Source: an uncultured Pseudomonadota bacterium (GTDB lineage Bacteria; Pseudomonadota; Alphaproteobacteria; RF32; CAG-239). From it: a DNA stretch of 60,347 nt. The stretch lies in the NCBI GenBank assembly GCA_902793695.1, contig CADBEI010000005.1, positions 1-60,347 on the forward strand, given 5' to 3'. Made by a program: the position numbers and the translations under genes. Shown here piece by piece: positions 18,666-28,733 of this stretch (the first letter of the stretch is position 1; every line of letters starts with the position of its first letter). The notes below the pieces were generated by a model. That model saw only the letters and a list, made by a program, of their open reading frames with translations, searched no databases and had not been told where the DNA came from.

Positions 18666-19262
18666 ATGAGAAAGTTTCCGGCGGTTTTAATTTTTTGTAT
18701 GTATGCATTGATTTCTGCGGCATCGGCACAGGAAGCGGTTGAAAGTACCGCCGTTGCAACCGAAAGTGAAGAATTGATAGACGATACATCCATAAAACCG
18801 CTGGCAACGCATTTATCCGAATCTGAAAAGTTGCAAGAAGAAACTTCCGATTTAAGCTATATTGCCGACGAAACGCCACGGCCGGATTTGTTGTGCGATG
18901 ACGCGGATTTATTTAAGCAAATAAAAGACTTTATCTTTGCCTCGGAGCAAGAAAAAACATCAAATTCCGTACACGAAAAACGCGCGCGTATTTTGCTCGT
19001 TAACAATTTACATTCGTTTACGGAAGTAAATGAAGAAGCGCTCCGCGGGAATTTTGAGGCTTCGGCCGCTTTGGCTAATCTCAAAATCAACGAGCGTCGC
19101 GAAATTCACCGCATTTGCGCCAGTTATGACAATAAATCCCAAAAATTCAAAAATATTTATGTCATTATATATCCGTACGCCGAATACTATAAAGTTGTTG
19201 TTACCAATATTATGCTGTTGCCGGAAAAAATGGATGAAGCAACCTTTATTTTTAAGCGGTAG
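18666..19262 (+). CDS. Hypothetical exported protein
   Basis: Signal peptide ending ASA; two further Cys; operonic spacing with asnS and rpoH. Confidence 0.7.
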   Translation: MRKFPAVLIFCMYALISAASAQEAVESTAVATESEELIDDTSIKPLATHLSESEKLQEETSDLSYIADETPRPDLLCDDADLFKQIKDFIFASEQEKTSNSVHEKRARILLVNNLHSFTEVNEEALRGNFEASAALANLKINERREIHRICASYDNKSQKFKNIYVIIYPYAEYYKVVVTNIMLLPEKMDEATFIFKR

Positions 19263-19268
19263 GTTTTA

Positions 19269-20171
19269 ATGAGTAATCGTACTGATCTTGTCGTATACGA
19301 AAATAAATCCAATTTACCGGTCGTTGTCGACGATGACGGATTGCATCGCTATTTGCAACAAATAAAGCAATTTCCGGTATTGAGTCCGGAAGAAGAAATT
19401 AACTTGGTGCGACAATTCAAAGAAAAAGGCGATTTACACGCGGCTCAAAAGCTGATTACTTCGCATTTGCGGCTGGCGGTTAAAATTGCGCTGACCTATC
19501 GCCGCTACGGTTTGCCGACGGCGGACTTGATTTCTGAAGCCAACATCGGTTTGATGCAGGCAGTAAAAAAATTCGACACTAATAAAAATGTCCGTCTTTC
19601 CACTTACGCCATGTTGTGGATTAAAGCGGCTTTGAACGATTTTGTTTTGCGTTCGTGGTCACTGGTTAAAATCGGCACGGTGGCGGCACAAAAAAAACTG
19701 TTTTACAATTTGGGTAAAATCAAGGCACGTCTCGGTTTGTACGACAATAAAGAACTGGCACCGAGCGAAGTCAAACAAATTGCCCATGAGTTGGTGGTTG
19801 ATGAAAAGGACGTGGTGGAAATGAATCGCCGTATCGGCGGCGACAGTTCGCTCAATGTTGCAGTCGGGTACGATGATGACGCAGTTGAAGCCATCGATTT
19901 ACTCGCCGATAAATCGCAAAATATTGAAGGCAGTTACGCCCGCCGCGAGGAAGCCGAGTTAAAACGTCGTATTCTGTTTCAGGCACTATCAAAACTTAAC
20001 GACCGCGAACAATATATTGTCAAAAATCGTATGCTGACCGAAACTCCGGAAACTTTGGATGAAATCGGCGAGAAATTCCAAATCAGCCGCGAAAGAGTGC
20101 GCCAAATTGAAAAACGCGCTTTTGAAAAACTTTCGGACGAAGTTAAGCAATCAATGGCCGCCGCCGAATGA
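19269..20171 (+). CDS. rpoH: RNA polymerase sigma-32 factor
   Basis: SHLRL; RSWSLVKIGT..AQKKLF RpoH box; SRERVRQIE. Confidence 0.95.
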   Translation: MSNRTDLVVYENKSNLPVVVDDDGLHRYLQQIKQFPVLSPEEEINLVRQFKEKGDLHAAQKLITSHLRLAVKIALTYRRYGLPTADLISEANIGLMQAVKKFDTNKNVRLSTYAMLWIKAALNDFVLRSWSLVKIGTVAAQKKLFYNLGKIKARLGLYDNKELAPSEVKQIAHELVVDEKDVVEMNRRIGGDSSLNVAVGYDDDAVEAIDLLADKSQNIEGSYARREEAELKRRILFQALSKLNDREQYIVKNRMLTETPETLDEIGEKFQISRERVRQIEKRAFEKLSDEVKQSMAAAE

Positions 20172-21013
20172 GTACGGTTTTCGAACAAATTGTCGCCGAA
20201 TTATCAGCCGCCGGTATTGATGCTCCGCGTCTGGAAGCCCGTTTGCTGATTGCCTCCGTGCTCAAAAAAGCGCCGACGCTGGTGTTTGCCGACACAACAC
20301 TGAATGACGCACAACTTGCAAAACTTAATGCTTTACTTAAACAAAGATTGCAGCATAAACCTCTCGATAAAATTTTAGGACATCGCGAATTTTATAAGTC
20401 AGATTTTATGGTTAACGAGAACGTATTATCACCGCGGCCGGATACGGAAATTTTGGTGGAAGAAGCGCTACGATTGTTGCCGGATAATAATGTGAAGATT
20501 TTGGATTTGGGTACCGGCAGCGGTTGCATTATCGAATCGCTCTTGGCAGAACGTCAAAAAGTGTCCGGAGTTGCGGTCGATATTTCTGCCCAAAGTTTAG
20601 CCGTTGCGCAAAAAAACGCTGAAAATCTGGGAATAAGCAAGCGCTTACAATTCATTCAGGCCGATTGGTTTGCCGATGATTTTATCAAGCGAATCGGTGA
20701 GAAATTTGATATGATTGTCAGTAACCCGCCGTACATTCCGACAGCCGATATTTCCACTCTTGAACCGGAAGTAAAAAATTATGACCCGAGAGCTGCACTC
20801 GACGGTGGTAAAGACGGGTTCGACAGCTATAAGCGAATCGCCGCAATCGCACCGAATTTATTGCAAGACGGCGGCTATATCTTGCTTGAAGCCGGAATCG
20901 GACAGGCAAAGCAAATTGCCGAAATATGCGAGCAAAACGGCTTAAAGCATATCCGTACGGTTGCCGATTTGAGCGGTATTGAACGTTGTGTTATTCTACA
21001 AAAAAATAAATAG
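20168..21013 (+). CDS. prmC: Release factor glutamine methyltransferase
   Basis: PRPDTE, LDLGTGSGCI, SNPPYI and ALDGG motifs. Confidence 0.96.
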   Translation: MSTVFEQIVAELSAAGIDAPRLEARLLIASVLKKAPTLVFADTTLNDAQLAKLNALLKQRLQHKPLDKILGHREFYKSDFMVNENVLSPRPDTEILVEEALRLLPDNNVKILDLGTGSGCIIESLLAERQKVSGVAVDISAQSLAVAQKNAENLGISKRLQFIQADWFADDFIKRIGEKFDMIVSNPPYIPTADISTLEPEVKNYDPRAALDGGKDGFDSYKRIAAIAPNLLQDGGYILLEAGIGQAKQIAEICEQNGLKHIRTVADLSGIERCVILQKNK

Positions 21014-21163
21014 ACCGCTTCCGAAGTAAAGTTTAGTTTTAACAATTCACCGATATTTTGCAAAAAGCTGTTGCCAAATACAAAAAAAGCAAGTATATAA
21101 TTGACCTAGGGCATTTTTGGTCGCCCGCTTATGAAAAATTAGCAAAATATTGAATGGATTTAC

Positions 21164-21715
21164 ATGAAAAAAATCAATAATAATAAATTTCGCGGCAATG
21201 CCGTATATTCTTTAAATTATAAATTTGACAGCGTTTCTCCGGCCGGAAAGTGCAGCGGCACCGCGCTTGATTTGATTAAACGCTATAACGAATTGGCAAA
21301 AGAAGCCCAAAATAACGGCGATTATGTCGGTATGGAGGTGTTTCGCCAGTATGCCGAGCACTATCGCAAAATCGTAACCGAAATCAACGAGCGCAAATAT
21401 CAAGCGCGCGATAATCAAAACAACAACTGCGGAGATAATACCGCAACCGAAAACGGTCAGACGGAAACCGCCGAACCGGTAAATAACGGTTTGGTGGAAA
21501 CCCAAAGTGCCGAACCGACAGCTGTCGCAAGCGAAACTCCGGCTCAAACGACAGAAACCGTGCGTAAACCGCGCCGAACCCGCGCATTTACGGTTATTGA
21601 CGCCAGTAATTCCGCCGAATCGGCAGCCGAAACCGCTTCTTCCGAAACCGAGGCCGAAGCTAAACCGCAACGTCGCCACTATACGCGCAAGCCCAAAACG
21701 ACAGCTGAAGCATAG
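21164..21715 (+). CDS. DUF4167-domain protein
   Basis: FDS..P.GK..G.A..L..RY..LA..A...GD.V..E...QYAEHY motif; conserved position after prmC. Confidence 0.85.
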   Translation: MKKINNNKFRGNAVYSLNYKFDSVSPAGKCSGTALDLIKRYNELAKEAQNNGDYVGMEVFRQYAEHYRKIVTEINERKYQARDNQNNNCGDNTATENGQTETAEPVNNGLVETQSAEPTAVASETPAQTTETVRKPRRTRAFTVIDASNSAESAAETASSETEAEAKPQRRHYTRKPKTTAEA

Positions 21716-21751
21716 TGTGTGAAATATTACTTTTGATCAAAGGCTAGTCTT

Positions 21752-22177
21752 ATGAATGAGCTGGAAATTGCACGACAAATTGCCGTAAATGAGGACGTGT
21801 CAACGCCGCCTGACAGCGTGGTTTTATACAGTATCAGCTATCAAGCAACCGACGAAAACAAACGTAAAGCCTTGCGCTTTTTAGCCGAACATTCGGGGTT
21901 TTATACCCTTGATGATACTACCTGTGGCAAAAAACTGATGGCACTCGGTTTAGAAACAGGTAATGATAATCCGAATCCGGAACTGCTGAAAATTTGGGCA
22001 ACGGCTTCGCGGCGTTTCATTCTCGCGGCTTCCGGCAATATTACCGCATTTGTTGACAACGCCGACAAACGAAGCACCTTTGTTTCGGTAGAACTGCCGC
22101 TGATTTTGCAAAACGATAAAATCAAATTGATTAACGGCACGGAAAAACATAAATTTGCCGCGCAATTTCAGAGATAA
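21752..22177 (+). CDS. ADP-ribosyl cyclase (CD38-like)/NAD+ glycohydrolase domain protein
   Basis: VLYS, YTLDDTTCG, IWATASRRFILAASG and DKRSTFVSVEL parallel CD38 LLWS, FTLEDTLLG, FWKTVSRRFAEAA and DKNSTFGSVEV in the same order. Confidence 0.72.
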   Translation: MNELEIARQIAVNEDVSTPPDSVVLYSISYQATDENKRKALRFLAEHSGFYTLDDTTCGKKLMALGLETGNDNPNPELLKIWATASRRFILAASGNITAFVDNADKRSTFVSVELPLILQNDKIKLINGTEKHKFAAQFQR

Positions 22178-22701
22178 TGCCAATGCCTTTTTATCTTGTC
22201 ATCGGCAATATTTTTTCTTTGTTATCCGCAATTTGCATTGCCGTTTCGGTCATTAAGAAAAACAAAAATGATTTGATTTGGTGGCAGATTATTGATGTGA
22301 TTTTTTGCATTTTATCCAACATCGCACTTTATACTTATGCAGCTTTAACCACCAATACCGTCTCGCTTATCCGCAATATTTTGGCATATAAAAACAAGCT
22401 CAGCAAAAAACTGACTTTTATTTTAGTGGTTTTGTGCATTATCGCCGGACTATGGGCCAACAACCGCGGCATTATCGGGTTGTTTCCGATTATTGCTTCG
22501 GCCAGTTACACAATCTTGATGCACACCACCAACAACGAACAACAGATGCGTTATGCTCTGGTTTCAAATCTGGTGTTGTGGTTTATTCACGATTTCTACG
22601 TTCAGGCCTATCCTTCGGCAATTATGGATATGGTTTTGAGTCTATGGACAGTGTTGCAGATTTTTCAAAACCGCAACAAATTTACCGACAAAGCGAACTA
22701 A
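22177..22701 (+). CDS. YgjV-family inner membrane protein
   Basis: About 6-7 TM helices; SLIRN, LFPIIAS and R.....N...W..HD...AY motifs; start overlaps the upstream stop (TAATG). Confidence 0.8.
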   Translation: MPMPFYLVIGNIFSLLSAICIAVSVIKKNKNDLIWWQIIDVIFCILSNIALYTYAALTTNTVSLIRNILAYKNKLSKKLTFILVVLCIIAGLWANNRGIIGLFPIIASASYTILMHTTNNEQQMRYALVSNLVLWFIHDFYVQAYPSAIMDMVLSLWTVLQIFQNRNKFTDKAN

Positions 22702-22913
22702 TCCTTGCTCGCCTGCACATTTTCCTCAATAATCGAAATAGCATCTACGGGGCAAGAGTTAACCGCTTCCTTCACTTTATCTTCGACTCCGACCGGTGTT
22801 TCGGCATAAGCCTCGGAAATACCGTCGGCATTAAAGCGAAAAACTTCCGGCGCCGTGCTGACACACAAACCGCAACCGATACACAAGTCCGGATTGACAT
22901 ACGCTCTTTTCAT
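22698..22913 (-). CDS. Single-cluster ferredoxin
   Basis: MKRAYVNPDLCIGCGLC...APEVF...CPVDAI; own AAGGA RBS; in frame with the upstream ORF. Confidence 0.88.
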   Translation of the reverse strand: MKRAYVNPDLCIGCGLCVSTAPEVFRFNADGISEAYAETPVGVEDKVKEAVNSCPVDAISIIEENVQASKD

Positions 22914-22962
22914 AAAAAATCCTTTCGCAAAAAAACATTTCGCGAAAGGATATAATTGCTGT

Positions 22963-24069
22963 TTACCGCCCCTGGTCTTTTGCACAAATTTCTGCGTTGT
23001 CGGCGTTACAACATTGGTAAATCTTGCTCCGCGCGGATTGGCAGCTCGCGGTGACGGATATTCGTGATAGGCTGTCTGATTTTTGGCCTCGACGAATCCG
23101 TCAACCTTATTTTTTTCGTTCATTATCTTTTGCGCCATTTGTTCGGCCGATTTATCGTTTATTTGCAAAATCGCATTGTAAACATCACGCGGAGTTATAA
23201 ACATCTTGGACATATATTCTTTAGCATATTTATAACCAACCTTAAGTATAGTTTGATTGCTGACGGTGGAATTTTTGGTAAAATATATTTTCGGATTTTT
23301 GGCGTAATGTCCTTTTTTGCCTCTTTTGCCGGTTATATTGGCGTTGCGATTTTTATCAGAAATATCGCGCGCCGGATTATACAGATATTTCTTTCCGAAA
23401 TCCGTAACATATTCTTTTACCAATTCAAGCGGTCCTTTTCCGCCAATCAGAATATGCCCGTCGGGAGCACCGAATCCTTTACCGAATACGGCTATACTGC
23501 CGGGAACTATTTTATTCATATGTTCATAAGTTGATTTTACTCCGACAACATTCGGACATTCATCCAACCACTTTTCAGCTTCATAAGCGGACTGACCTTC
23601 CAGCCACGCAATCGGATTGGTTCCGGACAATATATGCTTTATCCATCTATAACATCTTTCACCCGGTCCGTTTGCCTCCATCTTGGCAGACCTTTCCAGC
23701 TCCAGTCCCAAGCTGTCGGTATTGGCCAACAACATATCTTCGCCGTCCATTATATAATTTTTAAAACCTTCGGACAATGCGCTGGTATAGTGGCTTGTCT
23801 CGGTTATTTTGCGCAAATTTTCAATGTCTTCTGATGTCAATTCGTTGTATCCGCCGCTGCTTTTTTGCAGATTCTTCCACGTGGTTACCATGTCCATACC
23901 GACTTGCGTTTGTTCCCACGGCATAGCAACGTCTTCGCTTTTCGACTTATCCAGCTGAGCCAACATTACTTCGGCAAAATTTTCATCGCTGTTGTGCTTT
24001 GACTTTGAGTGTAGCGACAACAGCCAAAGTCACGGCAATATATTTAGCAAAACCGAAATCCATACCCAT
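22963..24069 (-). pseudogene. NlpC/P60 (CHAP/amidase-like) protein with frameshifts near both ends
   Basis: AGGAG-led ATG 24069 stops at 23983. The main frame carries ERCYRWIK...G.SAY...PGSIAVFG...GHILI. An out-of-frame ...QGR-TAA lies at 22963-22965, before a hairpin. Confidence 0.55.
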
Positions 24070-24211
24070 TTCAATCTCCTTTTTGTCAAAAATAACATAT
24101 TCTACAATAAAATGCAAGTTTTTTCGTAGCATTTTTGCAAAAATATCCGCTTGAATTTTTCCGTAAATGTTTTATAAAAAATTTGTGTTCTTTTGTAACG
24201 GAGAAAGCAAA

Positions 24212-24736
24212 ATGAGTTTGACCGACATAAAAAAATCAATTCGCAATATTCCGGATTATCCGAAACCGGGGGTCCAGTTTAAGGACATTACCACCGCCAT
24301 GAAAAATCCGCAGGTTTTTAAGGAAATCATCGATATGATGACGGAGCATTTCCGCATGGAGAAAATCGATTATGTGGTCGGAATCGATGCCCGCGGATTT
24401 ATTTTTGGTGCGGCGTTGGCATATAAACTCGGCTGTGGTTTTGTGCCGGTGCGCAAACCGGGGAAACTGCCGGCGGACACAATATCCGAGGAATATGCTT
24501 TGGAATACGGCACGGATAAGCTCGAAATCCATAAAGATGCCCTAAAAAATGGCGACCGTGTGATTATTGTCGATGATTTAGTAGCCATCGGCGGCACGGC
24601 GGAAGCTGCGGCAAAATTAGTAAAACGCCTCGGAGCCGATATCGTATCATTTGCTTTTGTGGTTGAATTGATCGCACTCAAAGGACGTGATAAATTAGCA
24701 TCTTTAGCCGATGTTTATTCTTTGATTAAATTTTAA
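24212..24736 (+). CDS. apt: Adenine phosphoribosyltransferase
   Basis: [31 protein letters not shown] and VDDL.A.GGT motifs. Confidence 0.96.
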   Translation: MSLTDIKKSIRNIPDYPKPGVQFKDITTAMKNPQVFKEIIDMMTEHFRMEKIDYVVGIDARGFIFGAALAYKLGCGFVPVRKPGKLPADTISEEYALEYGTDKLEIHKDALKNGDRVIIVDDLVAIGGTAEAAAKLVKRLGADIVSFAFVVELIALKGRDKLASLADVYSLIKF

Positions 24737-26766
24737 ATTCTGCCGGTTTTGAATAAGTTATAGTATTTATAGACGGAACCGCCGTCGCACGACCAGCTGA
24801 AATCGTCACGCATAGCTTGCTGTTGCATTTTATGCATAACCTCCGGCGCCGTATAATAGCAGCGAATCGCCTTATCCAGCACCGCTTCATACGCATTCAG
24901 ATTATTTTGCAAATGTTGTGCCGCCGCATTGCTGCCATAAATTTTTTCTTTGCCGGCAAAAAACGCTTCGGTGCGAAAACCGTCAACCCCGTCTTCAATC
25001 GTATCAACCAAACCGCCGGTAGAAGTGGCTATCGGCAGTGTACCTTTGGCCATAGCTTCCATCTGCGTCAATCCGCACGGCTCAAAATACGACGGCATCA
25101 TATAAAAATCGGCCGCCAACTGCACCGAATATGCAAACTCGTCTTTATAACCGCGAAACACAAAAATACGTTTGGCAAAATCGCGAAACATCTGCTTGGC
25201 ATTATCTTTAAGCATCATCAAATCGCTGTATAAATCCTTATTGCCGGCACCACCTAAAATGAAAATCGGAAAATTATCCGGCGAATTTTTATAGCGGTCG
25301 ATAATATGCAAAATCGCGTGAATTGCCATATCGTACCCTTTTTGTTCGACCATGCGGCTGGTCATACAAATAATCGGTATCTTATCCACCTCGCCAACCA
25401 ACGAAGCAATATCTTCAAACTTATACAAATCAACCAGAGGAATTGTCTTATCTTTGTATTCGGCATCGGTAGCCAAACGCGAAAGCAGCTTCATACACTC
25501 ACGCTTGTTATGCAATTTGACGTTCAAACTTTTTTCATCATAAAATTTAAAGTCCGTAATTTTGAAAAAGTCGTTTATTTCTTTGATTTTTTGCTTATTC
25601 GGTGAAATCAAACGTTTTTCATAACCATTGACAATGCCGAAGAACGTGCGGTAATTTTTACGAATTTTCAAAATGTCACGAAAATCGAAACCGAAACTTT
25701 TTTCATTGGAAACTTCTTCCATATAATTTTTGGAAACCGTGATAATGCGGTCGGCCAAATGCATATTGCCGGAAGCCTGATTATATGTATCGCTGACAAT
25801 CAGGGTGTTTTGCGTGCGCGTATTGCTGTTTTTGACCGCTTTGGCATTTTTTAAGACCAGAGTAGCCAAATCTTCATACAACGAATTCAATATGCGTGAG
25901 GTGTTATTGTAATCCCAACCTTGATAACCCATGTGGTGCGCAATGTGAATAATCGGAATATTTTTGATTTTATCGGCATTTTCGCGTGTCATTCGTCCAA
26001 TAAACACCTTGGCCAAGGTCAGATATTTGGTTAAGCCGGAAAGTGCGCCGCTGTGCCAATCATTGGCAATCAAGATATTGGGCAGGGTAAATTCTTTATT
26101 TTTGACGGACAGTGCCTTTTCCAGCATAGTATAAACCACTTTGGAAAAGAAAGCAAAACGCTCGACCTCGTCAACATTATCTTTATTGAGCACATAACAA
26201 CCGGTCTGTCCCGAAGGATTTTCCGGCGCCGGATTTATCCCGAAAAATCTGTCGTTGCGCACAAAGTAATAAGTCACGCCGTTAAAACTGCCTTCATATA
26301 TTTCAACATCAAAAGTGCGTAATTTATACTTGCCGGCAAACAACATTTTGATATTTTTAATCAATTTCACCGACACCGATTTGCCTTCGGCACCATAATA
26401 CACTCCGTCAATCAACTCGGCCTTTTTCTTGCCGGTATCGCCCAAATACATCGGGGTTATAATACTGATGGAATGACCATCTTTACCGAATACGGTATTA
26501 AAATTTTCCGGCAGTTCGGAAGCTACCATTCCCAATCCGCCGCATTTCATAAACGTTGCGGTTTCGGCGCTTATCATCCAAGCGTTGATTTTATCTATCT
26601 GCGGCCACTCGGTATTGTTCAGACACTGTTTTTTTGCCATATTCTGGATTTCTGCTAGAATGTCGTTTTTCGGAACACCATAATTTATTATATATTTTTT
26701 CTTATTGAAATTCGTCGGCAAAAACTCAAAAACTTTCCGGCCCGAACCGATAACGACTGCACACAT
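24733..26766 (-). CDS. glgA: Glycogen/starch synthase (GT5), enlarged
   Basis: [37 protein letters not shown] and TGGLVDT motifs. Confidence 0.85.
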   Translation of the reverse strand: MCAVVIGSGRKVFEFLPTNFNKKKYIINYGVPKNDILAEIQNMAKKQCLNNTEWPQIDKINAWMISAETATFMKCGGLGMVASELPENFNTVFGKDGHSISIITPMYLGDTGKKKAELIDGVYYGAEGKSVSVKLIKNIKMLFAGKYKLRTFDVEIYEGSFNGVTYYFVRNDRFFGINPAPENPSGQTGCYVLNKDNVDEVERFAFFSKVVYTMLEKALSVKNKEFTLPNILIANDWHSGALSGLTKYLTLAKVFIGRMTRENADKIKNIPIIHIAHHMGYQGWDYNNTSRILNSLYEDLATLVLKNAKAVKNSNTRTQNTLIVSDTYNQASGNMHLADRIITVSKNYMEEVSNEKSFGFDFRDILKIRKNYRTFFGIVNGYEKRLISPNKQKIKEINDFFKITDFKFYDEKSLNVKLHNKRECMKLLSRLATDAEYKDKTIPLVDLYKFEDIASLVGEVDKIPIICMTSRMVEQKGYDMAIHAILHIIDRYKNSPDNFPIFILGGAGNKDLYSDLMMLKDNAKQMFRDFAKRIFVFRGYKDEFAYSVQLAADFYMMPSYFEPCGLTQMEAMAKGTLPIATSTGGLVDTIEDGVDGFRTEAFFAGKEKIYGSNAAAQHLQNNLNAYEAVLDKAIRCYYTAPEVMHKMQQQAMRDDFSWSCDGGSVYKYYNLFKTGRI

Positions 26767-26919
26767 ATCCTGCCTTTCAACACCTAAAAATTATATTCTG
26801 CGAATCAATATATACCTTTTCTTTATAACCTTCAACAAAAAAAACGGCTCTTGACTTATGAAATATTAACCACTAAGTTTTATGATATATGATATGTTGT
26901 TTTTTTGCAGAGGGAAATT

Positions 26920-27489
26920 ATGACTAAAGATAAAAAATTCAAACAGCCGGAGATTGAAGACAAAGAGCCGAAAATCGAACAAGCTCAAACCGAAGAAAAC
27001 GTTGAAAATATCGAACAATCTGAAGATGAACTGGCCGTTTTGGCTGAAGAAAATGCCAAACTTAAAGATGCATATTTGCGTGCTTGCGCTGAATCCGAAA
27101 ACGTAAAAAAACGTTGTCAGCAAGAAATTGAAAAAAATACCAAATTTGCCCTATCCTCTTTTGCCAAAGAGTTGTTGACCGTTGCCGATAATCTGCATCG
27201 AGCCGTTACTTCCGTAAGTGCCGAACAAGCCGAACAATGCCGTCCGTTATTGGAAGGAGTGGAAATGACGCAAAACGAGCTTTCTAAAGTTTTTGCCAAG
27301 TTCGGTATCAAAAAAATTGACAGTCTGGATAAAGTTTTTGACCCTAACTTCGAACAGGTGGTACAAGAAGTGGAAGACCCTTCAAAGCCTGCCGGCACAG
27401 TTATCGCCGAGTTGCAGTCGGGATACCTGATTAACGACCGCATCTTGCGTGAAGCCATGGTAATCGTTACCAAGGGCGGAAAAAAATAA
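26920..27489 (+). CDS. grpE: Nucleotide exchange factor GrpE
   Basis: R..AE.EN..KR, FAKELL.VADNL.RA, FDPN and GY...DR.LR.AMV motifs. Confidence 0.95.
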   Translation: MTKDKKFKQPEIEDKEPKIEQAQTEENVENIEQSEDELAVLAEENAKLKDAYLRACAESENVKKRCQQEIEKNTKFALSSFAKELLTVADNLHRAVTSVSAEQAEQCRPLLEGVEMTQNELSKVFAKFGIKKIDSLDKVFDPNFEQVVQEVEDPSKPAGTVIAELQSGYLINDRILREAMVIVTKGGKK

Positions 27490-27599
27490 TTTTCGGGCCG
27501 TTTTCTCAATAAAATACGGCGGTTTTCGCATTCATTTTATGTGGTATATCTTGCAAATATTTATTTTATTCTGCAAAATATATCGCTATAATTCCGCGT

Positions 27600-28733
27600 A
27601 TGAGAATATTAAACAGATATATTGCCAAACAAATTATCGTCGGCTTTTTGCTGATTGCATTATCTTTGCTCGCCATGCTGTGGCTGACGCAATCGCTTCG
27701 TTTTGTGGAAATGGTTACGCGCCAAGGTTTGCCGGTTTATTTGTTTGTGCAAATGACCTCTCTTTTGATGCCGCGCATTTTCAACGTGTTGTCGCCGATT
27801 GCGCTGTTTGTCGCCGTTTTGTTTGTATATAATCGCATGATTGCCGACCGCGAATTGGTGGTTATGCAATCTTCCGGCATCAGCCCGTGGAAAAATGCAC
27901 AGGCGCCGCTTATGGTCGGTTTATTGCTGTCTTTGTTCGGAATCTATGTCATGAACTTCGGCATTCCACAGGCCGAGCAAAAATTTCGCGAATTGGAATG
28001 GCGGGTTAAGAACAACCTGACACAAGCCGTGTTTCGCGAAGGTGAATTTACTACTTTGAGTAACGGCATCACGGTATTTATTGATAAGCATGAAGCGGAC
28101 GGCTCGGTTACCGGTATTTTCGTCAGCGATGAGAGCAAGCCGGATGTAAAAGTTACGCTGACGGCGGAAAAAGGCCGCATGATTCAAACCGAAAAAGGAC
28201 CGCGAATTTTATTTATCAACGGCGTGCGACAAGAAATGAATAAAGAAACTTTTAAATTCAATATGCTGTCTTTTACGCGTTATTCAGCTGATTTCAACAG
28301 CGGCGGCGGAGCCAAGCGTAAGGAACAAACCGTGCGCGAAAAAAGTTTTTCCGAGTTAATAAATGCCGCCGACGATAAAACTTTGTCACCGCAAGATGTA
28401 CGCAAATTTGTGGTTGAAGGACATCGCCGAATTTTATATCCATTTTTCAATATGGTGTTGGCGTTGATTGCCTGTACCGGTCTTTTAATCAGCAACTTCA
28501 ATCGGCGCGGACAGACCAAGATTATTGCCATTGAAATAATTTGTATGATTTTAGTTGTCGGCAACGATTTGGCAATAACAAATTTAGCCGGACGTTCGCT
28601 TTATTTTGTACCGGTACTCTATGCAAATTGCATTTTACCGTTTTTGATTTGCCTTTATCTGTTGTTGTTTTATAACCCTTTCTATTTTTATCGCCGCGGT
28701 ACTGTTAAGGATTTGAAATATGCACATAAATGA
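27600..28733 (+). CDS. lptF: LPS export permease LptF
   Basis: RYI.KQ, WLTQSLRF, DRELVVM.SSGIS and EGEF motifs. Confidence 0.88.
   Translation: MRILNRYIAKQIIVGFLLIALSLLAMLWLTQSLRFVEMVTRQGLPVYLFVQMTSLLMPRIFNVLSPIALFVAVLFVYNRMIADRELVVMQSSGISPWKNAQAPLMVGLLLSLFGIYVMNFGIPQAEQKFRELEWRVKNNLTQAVFREGEFTTLSNGITVFIDKHEADGSVTGIFVSDESKPDVKVTLTAEKGRMIQTEKGPRILFINGVRQEMNKETFKFNMLSFTRYSADFNSGGGAKRKEQTVREKSFSELINAADDKTLSPQDVRKFVVEGHRRILYPFFNMVLALIACTGLLISNFNRRGQTKIIAIEIICMILVVGNDLAITNLAGRSLYFVPVLYANCILPFLICLYLLLFYNPFYFYRRGTVKDLKYAHK

Noticed and set aside
22698-24020. 440-aa ORF as a genuine amidase-ferredoxin fusion
   Set aside because: It has a TTG start without an RBS, the linker is a translated hairpin, and the ferredoxin has its own RBS. 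Frameshifts explain it better.
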